A DNA stretch of 64,000 nucleotides from positions 64,609 to 128,608 of the forward strand of contig JBAQUL010000015.1 in the NCBI GenBank assembly GCA_049297495.1, written 5' to 3'. This DNA is from Candidatus Moraniibacteriota bacterium. GTDB lineage: Bacteria; Patescibacteriota; Minisyncoccia; Moranbacterales; UBA2206. Below, one piece after another: positions 44,446 to 55,463 of this stretch; position 1 is the stretch's first letter; each line of letters starts with the position of its first letter. The notes under the pieces were generated by a model. That model was not told where the DNA came from. It worked only from the letters and a program-made list of their open reading frames with translations, and made no database searches. A program made the translations under genes and the position numbers.

Positions 44446-44679
44446 TTATTGCTTCTTATTAATAATTAATTTCGGATCGGCACAGTTAAAATCACATTTG
44501 GCACCATCAACACCATTATGGATGAGTTTTCCCTTACATTCGTCCAGTCTTTTTTGGCATTCAACTTTGCTAGCGTTAAAATAATCCTTATTAACCTCAA
44601 ATCCAAAAAAATTGAGTACAAAATAGGCGACAACCGCTACACCGCAAATCCAAATTGCAAGCTTCAAAAGTGAAAACAT
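44446..44679 (-). CDS. Small Cys-rich membrane-anchored protein
   Basis: 77 aa with an N-terminal TM and four Cys in the extracytoplasmic tail. Confidence 0.35.
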   Translation of the reverse strand: MFSLLKLAIWICGVAVVAYFVLNFFGFEVNKDYFNASKVECQKRLDECKGKLIHNGVDGAKCDFNCADPKLIINKKQ

Positions 44680-44907
44680 AGTGTCTCTTTAGGCCAATTA
44701 AACTAACCCCAGTATAGCCTAAGTTTTAATTCTCGTAAAGCGATTTTGATAAGATAGCAAAAGCTAAGCTTCGGGAGTTCTCGAAGATTAGCTTTTGTTA
44801 TGTTACGCCAACTTCTTAATATCAATCCAAAAAAAGTATGCTATAATTACATTAGTCAGTACAGATTGTTTTGCAGTTTGTATATTTGTATATTCGTAAT
44901 TAATTCG

Positions 44908-44927
44908 CCTGCCTGCCGGTAGGCAGG
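44908..44927. repeat. GC-rich near-palindrome CCTGCCTGCCGGTAGGCAGG (module E of the GC-rich repeat family), 18 nt upstream of the GT4 start codon
   Basis: It is the reverse complement of 62658-62677. Confidence 0.7.
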
Positions 44928-44945
44928 TAATTCATAGAGAACTCC

Positions 44946-46118
44946 ATGAGGATCGGAATCAACGCTTCTTTTTGCCGGAAAGCCCAAACAGGCATCGGAC
45001 AAGTGACAATAAGCTTTCTTAAAAAGCTAATTGCCGAGGAAGCAAAAAAAACAAAACGCAAAAATAAACCAGAGGTTATTCTCTATTTGGAAGAAGATCT
45101 GCCAAGAGATTTTCTTTTACCAAAAAATTTCCAAAAGAAAATTCTTCTACCAATATACAGGCGGGATGATTTGATTCGAAAAATTTGGTGGGAAAAATAT
45201 CTTTTACCACGGCGAGTCAAAAAAGATGACTGCGATGTTTTTTTTAGCCTCTATCAATGCCCAACAATTCTTTCTAGTAGCGTGAAGCACCTAATGCTAG
45301 TGCACGATATCATTCCCAGCCTTTTCCCAAAATATTTGGATAATGCCCGAAAGAAACACTACCAGAAACTAACAGAAAAAGCGATCAGGAAAGCCGACAA
45401 AATCTTCACTGTTTCCAAACGGACAGAAAAGGATTTGATCCAGCACTTACAAATTCCAGCTGACCAAATTTCTACAAACTATATTAGTGTCGATGAAATA
45501 TATAGAAAGCAAGCATCAATTGAAAGTTGCCGAAAGGTCATGAAAAAATACAAGCTAAATCCCGGATACATTTTCGCTGGTGGGGGAATGGAGATTCGAA
45601 AAAATATCGAAGGCGTGATTAGGGCCTATGGAATGCTATCGGAAAAAAACAAAAATCTACAGTTCATTGAAACAGTCCCTAGATTGGTGATTTATGGAAA
45701 GCTCTCACCAAATTTATCACTAGCAACCGACGCAGAAAAACTAGTACGAGAATTGAATTTAACCAAACAAGTGAAGTTTTTAGGCCCGGTTCCGCAGGAA
45801 TATCTACCAGCACTGTTTAGAAGTGCCCTATTTTTCATCTATCCATCATACTACGAAGGCTTTGGAATGCCAGTCCTTGAGGCAATGAGCCAAGGAACCC
45901 CCGTCATAACAGCCAAAAATTCTTCCTTGCCGGAAGTGGGATTGGATGGTACTCTCTATTGTCATGCTGATGACACAAGAGAGATTTCCGCAGTAATGAA
46001 AAAAGTTTTGACTGATGGTCAGTTGCAATGTACGCTATCACGAAGAGGCAAAGAACGCGCTAGATATTTTTCTTGGGATAAATTTGTAAAGAAGTTTTAT
46101 GGTGTGATAGATTTTTAG
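44946..46118 (+). CDS. Glycosyltransferase family 4
   Basis: EGFGMPVLEAMSQGTPVITAKNSSLPEV. Confidence 0.85.
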   Translation: MRIGINASFCRKAQTGIGQVTISFLKKLIAEEAKKTKRKNKPEVILYLEEDLPRDFLLPKNFQKKILLPIYRRDDLIRKIWWEKYLLPRRVKKDDCDVFFSLYQCPTILSSSVKHLMLVHDIIPSLFPKYLDNARKKHYQKLTEKAIRKADKIFTVSKRTEKDLIQHLQIPADQISTNYISVDEIYRKQASIESCRKVMKKYKLNPGYIFAGGGMEIRKNIEGVIRAYGMLSEKNKNLQFIETVPRLVIYGKLSPNLSLATDAEKLVRELNLTKQVKFLGPVPQEYLPALFRSALFFIYPSYYEGFGMPVLEAMSQGTPVITAKNSSLPEVGLDGTLYCHADDTREISAVMKKVLTDGQLQCTLSRRGKERARYFSWDKFVKKFYGVIDF

Positions 46119-46236
46119 TTATAAGCAACAAAAGTCATTAGCGGTAAGGCGGGTTATAGGGCCAAGGTCTGATTTTTTCTAAAGACTCACGCCTAAAAAC
46201 CTATCCTACCGCCAATGACTTAGCTCCTTACTCCCT

Positions 46237-47868
46237 ATGTTCTCATATATCAAGCAACTATCAGAAAAATTAAACAACACTAAAACATATTTAATTCTAA
46301 CCAACATTCTCCTGGTCTTCTTTTTGATTTTATTCAATAACCTCAACATGCTTCCGATGCGGACAGGGGATTTTGTTTTTTTTGCGGTTTTAGTTTTAGC
46401 TTTTGCGCTATATCGACCCGGCTGGGCTTTTTTGATTTTCATCGGAACAATTACCCTGGAAAACATCAATCTTGCCCCGGAAAAATTAGGCATCGCTGTT
46501 CGACCCTATCAATTGATTGGCGGGCTGCTTTTTCTGGCAATCGCAATTCGCTTTTTTTCCAAAAAATTATATTTCAAATTGGCAAAATTGGGCTGGACGG
46601 ATTATCTTGTTTTTCTCATCCCATTGGCAAGTCTGCTCAATATTTTCAATTCACAAAACCCCAAAGCCGAATTGAAATTCAGTTTAATTCTTTTTTCTTT
46701 TACCATTATCTATCTCATTGTTAGAAATTATTTACAAAACACTGCCGACCTGAAAAAAGTTCTGCCTTTCTTTTTTGGCTCATCTGTGGTTATCATGCTC
46801 TATGGTTTTTGGCAAAATATCCGCTTTGCCAAAGGGCTTGATGCTTTTTCGGTGATGCCCGGAAGACCCAATACCACCCTCACAGAACCAGACTGGCTGG
46901 GATTTTATTTGGTTTTGGTTTTAGCTTCTCTTTTTTCGCTCGTCTATTTTTTTATTCAAAAATCTGACGAGGGAAACAGCACAAGTAGGAAAATGAATTT
47001 TTTGACGCTCGATATCTTTCTAGTCCTCACCTTTGCGCTTCTGCTTATTTCTGTTTCTCGTAGCGCCTGGCTTGGAACGGTAGCGATGACTATCGTATGC
47101 CTCTTTATTACTCTCACCAATCTAAAGTTTAATTTTCATATTTGGCAATGGAAAAAAACTAGCAAAATTACACTGGGATTAATCGGCTTTTTTCTCCTTA
47201 GTCTGGGAGGCGTGTCTCTTTTTCATTTGACCACATTTCAGTTGTTTAATCGCGCCGTCAGCACGGGAGGGACGCAAAAAATAACAATCTCTTGCGATTC
47301 AGATTGTAGAGACGCAAAATTTTGCGTCTCTACGGGCAGGACAATAATTCACGACGTCTCAGAATTAGCGCAATATGGTTGTCGCCACATTAACTTAGAA
47401 GAAATTGAAACAGAAAAAAATCAAGGCCGCCTTGTAGCTGAAATCAATCGTCCCGACCCTAATGTAAATGTTCGAGCGGAGGTTTATCAAAAAAGTTGGT
47501 CGCAAATTAAGGCGCATCCGATTTTGGGCATTGGTTGGGCAAATATTCCGCAAGTTCTCGGGAAAGACCCGCGTGGAGCCAACCTCAATTCCAGCAATAT
47601 TTTCCTCGAAACCTATCTTGGTAGCGGACTGATTGGATTTTTGAGTTTGGTCATTTTTCTCGCTACCATTTTTATCCGAGCGCTTATTGTATTTTTTAGA
47701 GAAAACGATCTAGCACAAAAAACTTTCGCCCTCTTCATTCTGACTTCCTGGGTAGGTCTCATCGTTTTCAACCTATTCAACGCCGGAATTATGTTGGGCT
47801 TCTTCTGGGTCTGGCTGGGGATTGCAGGTGCTCTCCGCATCATTCCCGCACCCGTTTCACGCACATAG
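46237..47868 (+). CDS. O-antigen ligase/polymerase family membrane protein (Wzy_C domain)
   Basis: About 12 TM helices and ISVSRSAWLGTVAM (Wzy_C motif). A large extracytoplasmic loop carries the Cys-rich insert. Confidence 0.7.
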   Translation: MFSYIKQLSEKLNNTKTYLILTNILLVFFLILFNNLNMLPMRTGDFVFFAVLVLAFALYRPGWAFLIFIGTITLENINLAPEKLGIAVRPYQLIGGLLFLAIAIRFFSKKLYFKLAKLGWTDYLVFLIPLASLLNIFNSQNPKAELKFSLILFSFTIIYLIVRNYLQNTADLKKVLPFFFGSSVVIMLYGFWQNIRFAKGLDAFSVMPGRPNTTLTEPDWLGFYLVLVLASLFSLVYFFIQKSDEGNSTSRKMNFLTLDIFLVLTFALLLISVSRSAWLGTVAMTIVCLFITLTNLKFNFHIWQWKKTSKITLGLIGFFLLSLGGVSLFHLTTFQLFNRAVSTGGTQKITISCDSDCRDAKFCVSTGRTIIHDVSELAQYGCRHINLEEIETEKNQGRLVAEINRPDPNVNVRAEVYQKSWSQIKAHPILGIGWANIPQVLGKDPRGANLNSSNIFLETYLGSGLIGFLSLVIFLATIFIRALIVFFRENDLAQKTFALFILTSWVGLIVFNLFNAGIMLGFFWVWLGIAGALRIIPAPVSRT

Positions 47869-47959
47869 AATCCGACAGAAGAATGACGCCACATGGTGTG
47901 CTATTATATAGCAAAAGCTTCTTTTGAGTCTAAATGGAAACGTTAATCGTATTATAATT

Positions 47960-49105
47960 ATGCGAATCGGTATCGACATTCGAAATATTGGCAAAAAGAG
48001 AACTGGTGATGAGGTGGTGTTTTTTAATTTGGTGAAAAATTTGGTGCTGATTGACGGCGAAAATAGCTATCAGCTTTTTACGGATATTAACGATCTTGAA
48101 ACTTTAGCAAAAATTAAAAGTGATTTAGGCATTGAACATAATGATAATTTTGAGATTATCTCACTGAAAACGAAAAATAAGTTCAGCTGGAATTTTTGGA
48201 CCTTACCAAAATATTTGCGCGCCAATCCAGTTGATCTCTATCTCACGCAATATATCACGCCTTTTTTTGTGCCAAAGAAAATTAAAATTCTCACTATTAT
48301 CCATGACGTTTCTTTTTGTGAGTATCCACAAATGATCAAATTTAGTGATTTGTTTTTTTTGCGAATGCTTATCCCGCTTGCGCTAAAAAGAGCCAATAAG
48401 ATCATCGCTGTGTCACAATTTACACGCGATGAAATTATCAAACACTATAAGATAGACATTGGGAAGGTAGAATATATTTACAACGCGGTAGCAAATAGTT
48501 TCTTGAGCAAGACATTTTCTCAGAGCGAATTGGATAAGATTAGAGAAAAATATAGCTTACCAGAGAGTTTTATTCTTTATCTAGGAACGCTACAGCCGAG
48601 AAAAAACATTCCAGTCCTCATTGAAGCTTATTCTAAGATTAAGCAGCAATTGCCCGGTGTAAAATTAGTTCTAGCCGGAGGCAAAGGTCATAATTACGAC
48701 CAGGAGATTGATAGGAAAATACAAGATTGCGTCTTTACGGAAGATGAAATCATATTTCCTGGATTTATTGCCGAAGAGGACAAAAAAGCTGTAATGCTTC
48801 TGGCTGCTTGCTTTTGTTTCCCTTCACTCTATGAAGGTTTTGGCATCCCGATTCTTGAGGCTTTTTCCGCAAAAATTCCTTGTGTAGTTTCTGATATCCC
48901 GCCCCATAAAGAGGTAGCAGGGGATGCCGCACTATTTTTCGCACCAAGAGATAGCAATGAATTATCTGTGAATATAGCAAAGGTCATATTGGACAAAGAG
49001 CTAAACCAAATATTACAAGCTAGGGAGACAGACCGGCTCAAGCTTTTTTCATGGGAAAAAACAGCCAAAAAGATGCTGGGTATTTTTGAGAGATTAGGAA
49101 AATAA
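47960..49105 (+). CDS. Glycosyltransferase family 4
   Basis: MRIGIDIRNIGKKRTGDE and EGFGIPILEAFSAKIPCVVSD. Confidence 0.85.
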   Translation: MRIGIDIRNIGKKRTGDEVVFFNLVKNLVLIDGENSYQLFTDINDLETLAKIKSDLGIEHNDNFEIISLKTKNKFSWNFWTLPKYLRANPVDLYLTQYITPFFVPKKIKILTIIHDVSFCEYPQMIKFSDLFFLRMLIPLALKRANKIIAVSQFTRDEIIKHYKIDIGKVEYIYNAVANSFLSKTFSQSELDKIREKYSLPESFILYLGTLQPRKNIPVLIEAYSKIKQQLPGVKLVLAGGKGHNYDQEIDRKIQDCVFTEDEIIFPGFIAEEDKKAVMLLAACFCFPSLYEGFGIPILEAFSAKIPCVVSDIPPHKEVAGDAALFFAPRDSNELSVNIAKVILDKELNQILQARETDRLKLFSWEKTAKKMLGIFERLGK

Positions 49106-49289
49106 CATAATTGCTGATTGATCGATTGACAAATCATGGGAAAAATGTAAAATATAGAGGTTATGGCAATTTCGCATTATGGCTTATCTGAGCCTAGATG
49201 AGGAAATAAGCTAATCAAATTTTTTAACTATAATTAGCATAAAACTAGATCACATTTCGCTATACAAAGCGAATGCTGGTCAAAATTAC

Positions 49290-50507
49290 ATGTTCAATTC
49301 AAGATCACGTCAAATGGATTCGTCAGTTAAGAAGCGCTTTTATCAAAAAAAGGGATTTAAAATAATGATGGGAATCTTCCTGGTTCTTGTTTTGGTGGGT
49401 GGTGTCCTGTATTGGAAAGCGGATAAGCTAGTAAGTCAAATATCCAATGGGAGCCTGCTCAGCTCAATTGCTCATTCTGTTCCTGGTGTGAGGGATGAAT
49501 TAAAGGGAGCAAAGGATGGAAGAATTAATCTGGCAATTCTCGGTATGCGCGGTTCAGACATGCCAGGAGGTGGAACATTGGCCGATTCAATTATTGTGGT
49601 CAGCATTTTACCATCTGAGAATAAGGTTTCCATGATTTCTGTTCCGCGCGATCTCTATGTGACAGTTCCAGACACAAATGATAAGCAAAAGATAAATGCT
49701 GTGCATGCCTATGGTGAAGAAAACGGGAAAGGCAAGGGAATGGCAAATATGAAAATTGCTCTTGGGGATGTTTTGGGCATACCAATTCATTATGCCGCCA
49801 GCATCAACTTTGCTGGTTTCAAGCAATTGGTTGACGCGATTGGCGGTGTGGATATTACCTTGGACAAACCTTTCGATGAAACGATGCAGTTCAATGAGGA
49901 GCATGTCTGTGATTCTTTCTTTACTGTGCGCACAGGCAATTGGGAAAATAAGATTGTAAAGCATCATGAAACAAATGCTGCTGGAGTGTCAGTTGTTGTG
50001 AAAAGGAAAATTCCAAAATATCCTCTTTGCACAGCGCCCAAGGATGTTTTGGAGTGTGGAGGAGAGTTTGCTCTGCCAGCCGGAAAGCAAACCCTCAATG
50101 GTGAAAAAGCTCTTTGTTATGTCCGTTCTCGAAAAACCTCTAGTGATTTTGAAAGAGCCAAGAGACAACAGCAAGTTATTCAACTCGTAAAAGATAAGAT
50201 GCTAAGCGTTGGAACGCTAACTGATTTTTCCAAGATCAATGGAATTCTCAATAGCTTAGGCGATAACGTCAGAACTGACATGCAGCTATGGGAAATGCAA
50301 GAATTCTATAGTCTCTACAAAACAATTCCTCAGGCACAAGTTTACCAGAGAGTGTTGGAAAATTCATCAGAAGGCTTTCTATATAGCCCAGAAGGTGGCA
50401 CAGCCGGATATATCCTACTTCCAATCGGAGACAACTATGACAAGATTCATGAGATGGCAAAAAATATCTTCACAATGGCACCACAAACAGACATAAAACC
50501 GAAGTAG
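49290..50507 (+). CDS. LytR-CpsA-Psr (LCP) family cell-envelope phosphotransferase
   Basis: TM anchor, INLAILGMRGSDMPGGGTLADSIIVVSI...SMISVPRDLYV. Confidence 0.85.
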   Translation: MFNSRSRQMDSSVKKRFYQKKGFKIMMGIFLVLVLVGGVLYWKADKLVSQISNGSLLSSIAHSVPGVRDELKGAKDGRINLAILGMRGSDMPGGGTLADSIIVVSILPSENKVSMISVPRDLYVTVPDTNDKQKINAVHAYGEENGKGKGMANMKIALGDVLGIPIHYAASINFAGFKQLVDAIGGVDITLDKPFDETMQFNEEHVCDSFFTVRTGNWENKIVKHHETNAAGVSVVVKRKIPKYPLCTAPKDVLECGGEFALPAGKQTLNGEKALCYVRSRKTSSDFERAKRQQQVIQLVKDKMLSVGTLTDFSKINGILNSLGDNVRTDMQLWEMQEFYSLYKTIPQAQVYQRVLENSSEGFLYSPEGGTAGYILLPIGDNYDKIHEMAKNIFTMAPQTDIKPK

Positions 50508-50566
50508 ATTCAAGGAATGAAGAGACCGAGTGTTTTTAGTTCGCCTTATTTCTCAAATTTTATCCA

Positions 50567-51376
50567 ATGGAACTTTCAATTATTGTTGCTAGCTACAAAA
50601 ATCCAGAACTTTTAAAGCTCTGCCTTACTTCTATTAAAAAGAATTATACTGGTACTGATTATGAAATAATTGTAGCCGACGGTGAAACAGAGGAGGCAAC
50701 GGAAATGATGATGCGGGAGGATTTTCCAGAGATTGCCTTTATTCCATCAAAAGAGAATGTTGGGTTTGGTGCTTTAGTGCGCAACGGGTATAGGAAGGTT
50801 GTTGGCGATTTCGTTTTAATTCTAAACAGTGATATTCTAATAAAGAAGGATTCCATCGAAATACTCCTGGACTATATTAAGAGCAACCCGGATGTCGGAA
50901 TTGTTGGTCCACAACTATTGGGATTCGATGAAAAATTTCAACCGTCAAGTTTCCGTTTTTACACGCCCCTTACGATTGTTTACAGGCGAACATTCTTGGG
51001 AAAATTTAAATTTGCCAAAAAACATCTTGCTCGTTTTTTGATGCAAGATTTTGATCACAAGAGCATTAAAAACGTTGATTGGTTGATGGGATCAGCTCTT
51101 ATGACAAAAAAGGTGGCGGTCAGCAAGGTTGGTCTCATGGATCCGCAATTCAAGATGTACTTTGAAGACACTGACTGGTGTCGCAGATTCTGGGAAAACA
51201 ACTACCGTGTCGTCTATAATCCTACCGCTAAGATTTATCACTATCACGGAAAAGGATCAGCCGGAAGAAGTATTTTAAAGACCCTCATGTCTAATCGCTT
51301 AGCCTGGATTCATATTGCTAGCGCGATAAGATATTTTAAAAAATATGCAGGAAAACCACTGCCAAAAAATAATTAA
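50567..51376 (+). CDS. Glycosyltransferase family 2
   Basis: LSIIVASYKNPELLKLCLTSI, the DG...D motifs, and LNSDIL. Confidence 0.85.
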   Translation: MELSIIVASYKNPELLKLCLTSIKKNYTGTDYEIIVADGETEEATEMMMREDFPEIAFIPSKENVGFGALVRNGYRKVVGDFVLILNSDILIKKDSIEILLDYIKSNPDVGIVGPQLLGFDEKFQPSSFRFYTPLTIVYRRTFLGKFKFAKKHLARFLMQDFDHKSIKNVDWLMGSALMTKKVAVSKVGLMDPQFKMYFEDTDWCRRFWENNYRVVYNPTAKIYHYHGKGSAGRSILKTLMSNRLAWIHIASAIRYFKKYAGKPLPKNN

Positions 51377-51382
51377 AAAAGT

Positions 51383-52681
51383 ATGGAAGAATTCAAGGAG
51401 GAAGAAAAAGAGCTTGATGAAATTTACACATACCCCGAAAAAGAGCTGACACATAATCGAAAGGTGTTCAAAAAAGGCTTGGTAACATTTTTTGTTGTCA
51501 TTCTGCTTTTTGCTAGCTATGCCTTCGGCTTTAGCCGAGGTAGAGGAAATGCTACTGGTTTTGCTGGTAATGCATTACTAGAGCAAGCAGTGCTAGAGAA
51601 TAAGATTTCAAAAAATGGTGTGGATTTCGCACTGTTTTGGAAGGTGTGGGATACAGTTAAAGAAAAACATATTAATCGCAATGATCTGGACGCTCAAAAG
51701 ATGGTATATGGCGCAATTTCTGGTATGCTAAAAGCCACAGGTGATCCATATACATCCTTTTTTGATCCTCAGGCTAACAAAGCTTTCGCTCAAGATCTTG
51801 GTGGTAGCTTTGAAGGAATCGGAGCAGAGTTGGGAATCAAAGACAGCCTCTTGACTGTTGTTGCGCCACTCGATGGATCGCCGGCACAAAAAGCAGGGCT
51901 TAGGACCGGGGACAAAATTTTAAAAATTGGCGACAAAACCGTATCTGATTTGACAATTGATGAATCTGTTGCTCTGATTAGAGGCAAAAAAGGTACCGAA
52001 GTAAAATTAACCGTCTTGTCTAATGGCGAAAAGGATACCAAAGAAATTTCCATAATTCGCGATACGATCGAAGTGAAAAGTGTTAAGATTGATTTCAAGG
52101 ATAATAATATTGCTCACATTGAGATCACAAAATTCGGCGAAAATACCGACAAAGAATTTAATCAGGCCGTCAAAAATCTGCTGGCAAAAAATACCAAGGG
52201 AATAATCCTAGATTTACGAAATAATCCTGGTGGACTACTCGATAAATCTGTGGCAATAGCAAGTCGAATGATTCCAGAGGGAAAGGTGGTTGTTACAGAA
52301 GAAGACAGTTCCGGAAAAAAAGATAATTTTTCCACTGCAGGCGGTGATACTCTTAGTAATATTCCAACGGTGGTTTTGATTAATGGAGGCAGTGCTAGTG
52401 CATCGGAAATTTTAGCCGGAGCGCTGAGGGATGACCAGAACACAATACTTATCGGAGAAAAATCCTTCGGTAAAGGCACTGTTCAAGAATTGATCACTTT
52501 GCCACAGGGATCAAGTGTGAAAGTTACTGTTGCCAAATGGCTTACTCCAAATGGGGACTACATCATGGAAAAAGGCATAAACCCGGATATAGAAGTGAAA
52601 ATGACCCCGGAGGACTATACAAACGAGAAGGATCCGCAGCTAGATAAAGCACTGGAAGTTCTTAGAGACAAGATGAAATAA
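51383..52681 (+). CDS. S41 carboxyl-terminal processing protease (CtpA/Prc-like) with PDZ
   Basis: FEGIGAEL, a PDZ domain ([18 protein letters not shown]), [11 protein letters not shown] and [12 protein letters not shown]. Confidence 0.88.
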   Translation: MEEFKEEEKELDEIYTYPEKELTHNRKVFKKGLVTFFVVILLFASYAFGFSRGRGNATGFAGNALLEQAVLENKISKNGVDFALFWKVWDTVKEKHINRNDLDAQKMVYGAISGMLKATGDPYTSFFDPQANKAFAQDLGGSFEGIGAELGIKDSLLTVVAPLDGSPAQKAGLRTGDKILKIGDKTVSDLTIDESVALIRGKKGTEVKLTVLSNGEKDTKEISIIRDTIEVKSVKIDFKDNNIAHIEITKFGENTDKEFNQAVKNLLAKNTKGIILDLRNNPGGLLDKSVAIASRMIPEGKVVVTEEDSSGKKDNFSTAGGDTLSNIPTVVLINGGSASASEILAGALRDDQNTILIGEKSFGKGTVQELITLPQGSSVKVTVAKWLTPNGDYIMEKGINPDIEVKMTPEDYTNEKDPQLDKALEVLRDKMK

Positions 52682-52724
52682 AACAACTATTCCCAAGATT
52701 ATATATTTCCGCTATACTAAAACT

Positions 52725-53168
52725 ATGCAAATAATTCTATTACAGGATGTCAAAAATTTAGGTAAAAAGGGCGAACTGAAAAACGTTGCTGAGGGTTATG
52801 CGCGTAATTTTTTGTTTGCCAAGAAACTAGCAGCCGCGGCGACAAAGGAAGCAATTGAAAGAGTCGAGGCACTACGAAAAAAAGAAAAAATAGCAGAATT
52901 GGAAAGCCTAGAAAAGACAAAAAAACTCGCGGCGGAATTGAAAGATAAAATAATTGAAATTAAAGCTAAAGGAAAAGAGGGTAAGTTGTTTGGTTCGATT
53001 TCTGCTAAAGCTGTCGCGCAAGAGCTCGGCAAACTGGGATTTGATATCTCTGAAAAATCAGTAATCATGCCTGCGCACATCAAAGAAATCGGAGAGTATG
53101 AAATCAAAATCAATCTCGCTCAAGGTATCGAAGCAAAGATTAAATTGAGGGTTTCCAAGGAAGCATAA
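52725..53168 (+). CDS. rplI: 50S ribosomal protein L9
   Basis: [30 protein letters not shown]. Confidence 0.92.
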   Translation: MQIILLQDVKNLGKKGELKNVAEGYARNFLFAKKLAAAATKEAIERVEALRKKEKIAELESLEKTKKLAAELKDKIIEIKAKGKEGKLFGSISAKAVAQELGKLGFDISEKSVIMPAHIKEIGEYEIKINLAQGIEAKIKLRVSKEA

Positions 53169-53197
53169 TCCTAATCTGGCACATTTCCGAAAAAAAT

Positions 53198-53228
53198 AAA
53201 AAGTCGCGGGGGAAGCGACTTTTTGTCT
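53198..53228 (+). terminator. Rho-independent terminator downstream of rplI
   Basis: AAGTCGC-GGGGGAA-GCGACTT followed by TTTTG. Confidence 0.7.
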
Positions 53229-53267
53229 GTAGAAAAGTTAATTTAATTAAATTTTCAATAAAAAAAT

Positions 53268-54914
53268 ATGAAACAAAACCGTAAGTTCATATTCATCGTC
53301 GGGGGAGTGATGAGTGGAGTGGGAAAGGGAATATCGACTTCGTCGATCGGAATCATTCTGAAAGCGCGAGGACTCAGCGTGACTGCAATCAAAATTGATC
53401 CCTATATCAACGTCGATGCCGGCACGATGAATCCAACTGAACACGGTGAAGTTTTTGTTTTAAATGATGGTTATGAAACTGATCAGGATATGGGAAATTA
53501 TGAACGGTTTCTCAATATCACATTGCCTAGTGACAACTATATGACCACAGGGAGCGTCTATCAAACCGTCATCCATCGGGAGCGCAATTTGGGCTATAAC
53601 GGCAAATGCGTAGAAGTGGTGCCACATATCCCGCTAGAAGTGATTGACCGGATTGAAAAGGCCTCTGCCAAAGCTAAGTCTGATGTCACACTGATTGAAA
53701 TCGGCGGAACGATTGGCGAATACCAAAACATTCTTTTTCTCGAAGCGGCTAGGATGCTGAAAATTAAATACCCGGAAGATGTGATGTTTGTGATGGTCAG
53801 CTATCTACCCATTCCATCAAAAGTTGGCGAAATGAAAACCAAACCGACGCAATATGCCGTGCGGACGCTCAATAGCGCCGGCATCCAACCGGACGTGATC
53901 ATTGCCCGCAGTGAAACTTTCCTTGATCAAAAACGTAAAGAAAAATTGGGCATGTTTTGCAATATTTCTGAACGCTATGTTATCTCGGCACCTGATGCGG
54001 ATAATATTTATGAAATTCCGGTTAATTTTGAACGAGACGATCTAAGCCGTTTGATTTTGAAAAAGTTAAACCTGCCGGAAAATAAAAAATCTAACATGAA
54101 AGAGTGGTATGATTTTGTAGAAAGCATTAAAAAGTCAAAGGAAAAGATCAAAATTGGTATCGTGGGAAAATATTTTGGCACAGGCGATTTCGTTCTTTCC
54201 GATGCCTATATCAGTGTAATCGAAGCCGTCAAGCATGCTGCTTATAAAAATAATCTAGCACCGGAAATTGCTTGGATCAACAGTGAACTCTATGAAAAAG
54301 AACCCAATAAGCTAGAAGACCTTAAGGATTATGACGGCATCATTGTTCCGGGTGGTTTTGGTTCACGGGGAATTGAAGGTAAAATCAGCGTTATTAAATT
54401 TTTGCGAGAAAATAAGATTCCCTTTTTGGGACTTTGTTATGGTATGCAAATGATGGTGATTGAATATGCGCGCAATGTTTTAGGACTCAAAGACGCCAAC
54501 TCAACCGAGATTAATCGCAAAACCAAAAATCCCGTAATTGACATCATCCCTGAGCAAAAGAAAAATTTGGAAGACCACAATTTTGGCGCAACGATGCGTC
54601 TTGGTGCTTATCCGGCAATGATCAAAAAGGGTACTGTTGCCTACAGCGCATACAAGAAACCCAAAATTTCTGAGCGCCACCGCCACCGCTGGGAAGTCAA
54701 CATGGAATATGCCCCAAAACTGGAAAAGGCCGGCCTAGTCTTTTCTGGCAAATCTCCCGATGGAACATTGATGGAAATCACTGAATTGCCAGCTTCTGTC
54801 CATCCATTTTTCGTTGGCGTCCAATTCCACCCAGAACTAACCTCCAAGCCAATCAGCTCACATCCATTGTTTTTTGAGTTTATGAAGGCAAGTAAGAAAA
54901 ATAAGAAGAAATAG
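53268..54914 (+). CDS. pyrG: CTP synthase
   Basis: FIFIVGGVMSGVGKGISTSSIG and a C-terminal glutamine amidotransferase domain (GLCYGMQ). Length 548 aa. Confidence 0.95.
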   Translation: MKQNRKFIFIVGGVMSGVGKGISTSSIGIILKARGLSVTAIKIDPYINVDAGTMNPTEHGEVFVLNDGYETDQDMGNYERFLNITLPSDNYMTTGSVYQTVIHRERNLGYNGKCVEVVPHIPLEVIDRIEKASAKAKSDVTLIEIGGTIGEYQNILFLEAARMLKIKYPEDVMFVMVSYLPIPSKVGEMKTKPTQYAVRTLNSAGIQPDVIIARSETFLDQKRKEKLGMFCNISERYVISAPDADNIYEIPVNFERDDLSRLILKKLNLPENKKSNMKEWYDFVESIKKSKEKIKIGIVGKYFGTGDFVLSDAYISVIEAVKHAAYKNNLAPEIAWINSELYEKEPNKLEDLKDYDGIIVPGGFGSRGIEGKISVIKFLRENKIPFLGLCYGMQMMVIEYARNVLGLKDANSTEINRKTKNPVIDIIPEQKKNLEDHNFGATMRLGAYPAMIKKGTVAYSAYKKPKISERHRHRWEVNMEYAPKLEKAGLVFSGKSPDGTLMEITELPASVHPFFVGVQFHPELTSKPISSHPLFFEFMKASKKNKKK

Positions 54915-54939
54915 GAATAACTAGATTACTACTTTGCAA

Positions 54940-54968
54940 AAAACACTCACGCCGAGTGTTTTTTTTAC
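54940..54968 (+). terminator. Rho-independent terminator downstream of pyrG
   Basis: AACACTC-ACGCCG-AGTGTT followed by T8. Confidence 0.7.
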
Positions 54969-55004
54969 TTAAAAAAAGATAAGATTGTATCTCACTTTTA
55001 TTCT

Positions 55005-55051
55005 AGAAAAAAAATAATTAGGCATCAATCAAGATCTGATCGATGCCTAAT
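55005..55051 (-). terminator. Rho-independent terminator for the minus-strand S1-domain gene
   Basis: ATTAGGCATC...GATGCCTAAT is a 10-bp stem. An A-run on the plus strand gives a T-run on the minus strand. Confidence 0.55.
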
Positions 55052-55072
55052 GAAAATTCCCATTTCGGGATG

Positions 55073-55309
55073 TTAACCCGTAACTGGGAATTCCACGCAC
55101 TCAAGAATGGCAGGATTATTGCCAGTCGGACTGACTCTGACTTTAATCCTATCACCTCTCTTGCAAACATTTTTCAGGTTTTTTGCTTTGTTAATTTCTT
55201 CCGGAAACTTTGATACATGTACCGTGCCTTCTTTCCCATCAAATCTAACTCTGACGGAATAATTAACGACATCGGTGATTGTCCCGATAAAAACCTTGCT
55301 TTCTGACAT
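55073..55309 (-). CDS. Small S1-like OB-fold RNA-binding protein
   Basis: IGTITDVVNYSVRVRFDGKEGTVHVSKF...KRGDRIKVRV fits the S1 motif pattern. Length 78 aa. Confidence 0.5.
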   Translation of the reverse strand: MSESKVFIGTITDVVNYSVRVRFDGKEGTVHVSKFPEEINKAKNLKNVCKRGDRIKVRVSPTGNNPAILECVEFPVTG

Positions 55310-55401
55310 ACACCCTCCCTCCCTTGAATGGTTGTTATTTACCTGCCTATTTAAATCATTCGATATACCATTAAATCATGCGTTTTGAAATTTGTCCATA
55401 G

Positions 55402-55436
55402 CGCACAAAAAATCCCCCGATTACTCGAGGGATTTT
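55402..55436 (-). terminator. Rho-independent terminator downstream of rpmA
   Basis: AAAATCCC...GGGATTTT stem with flanking A/T runs on both sides. Confidence 0.6.
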
Positions 55437-55463
55437 CTTATCTTAAATTTTTGAAGTTCTAAC

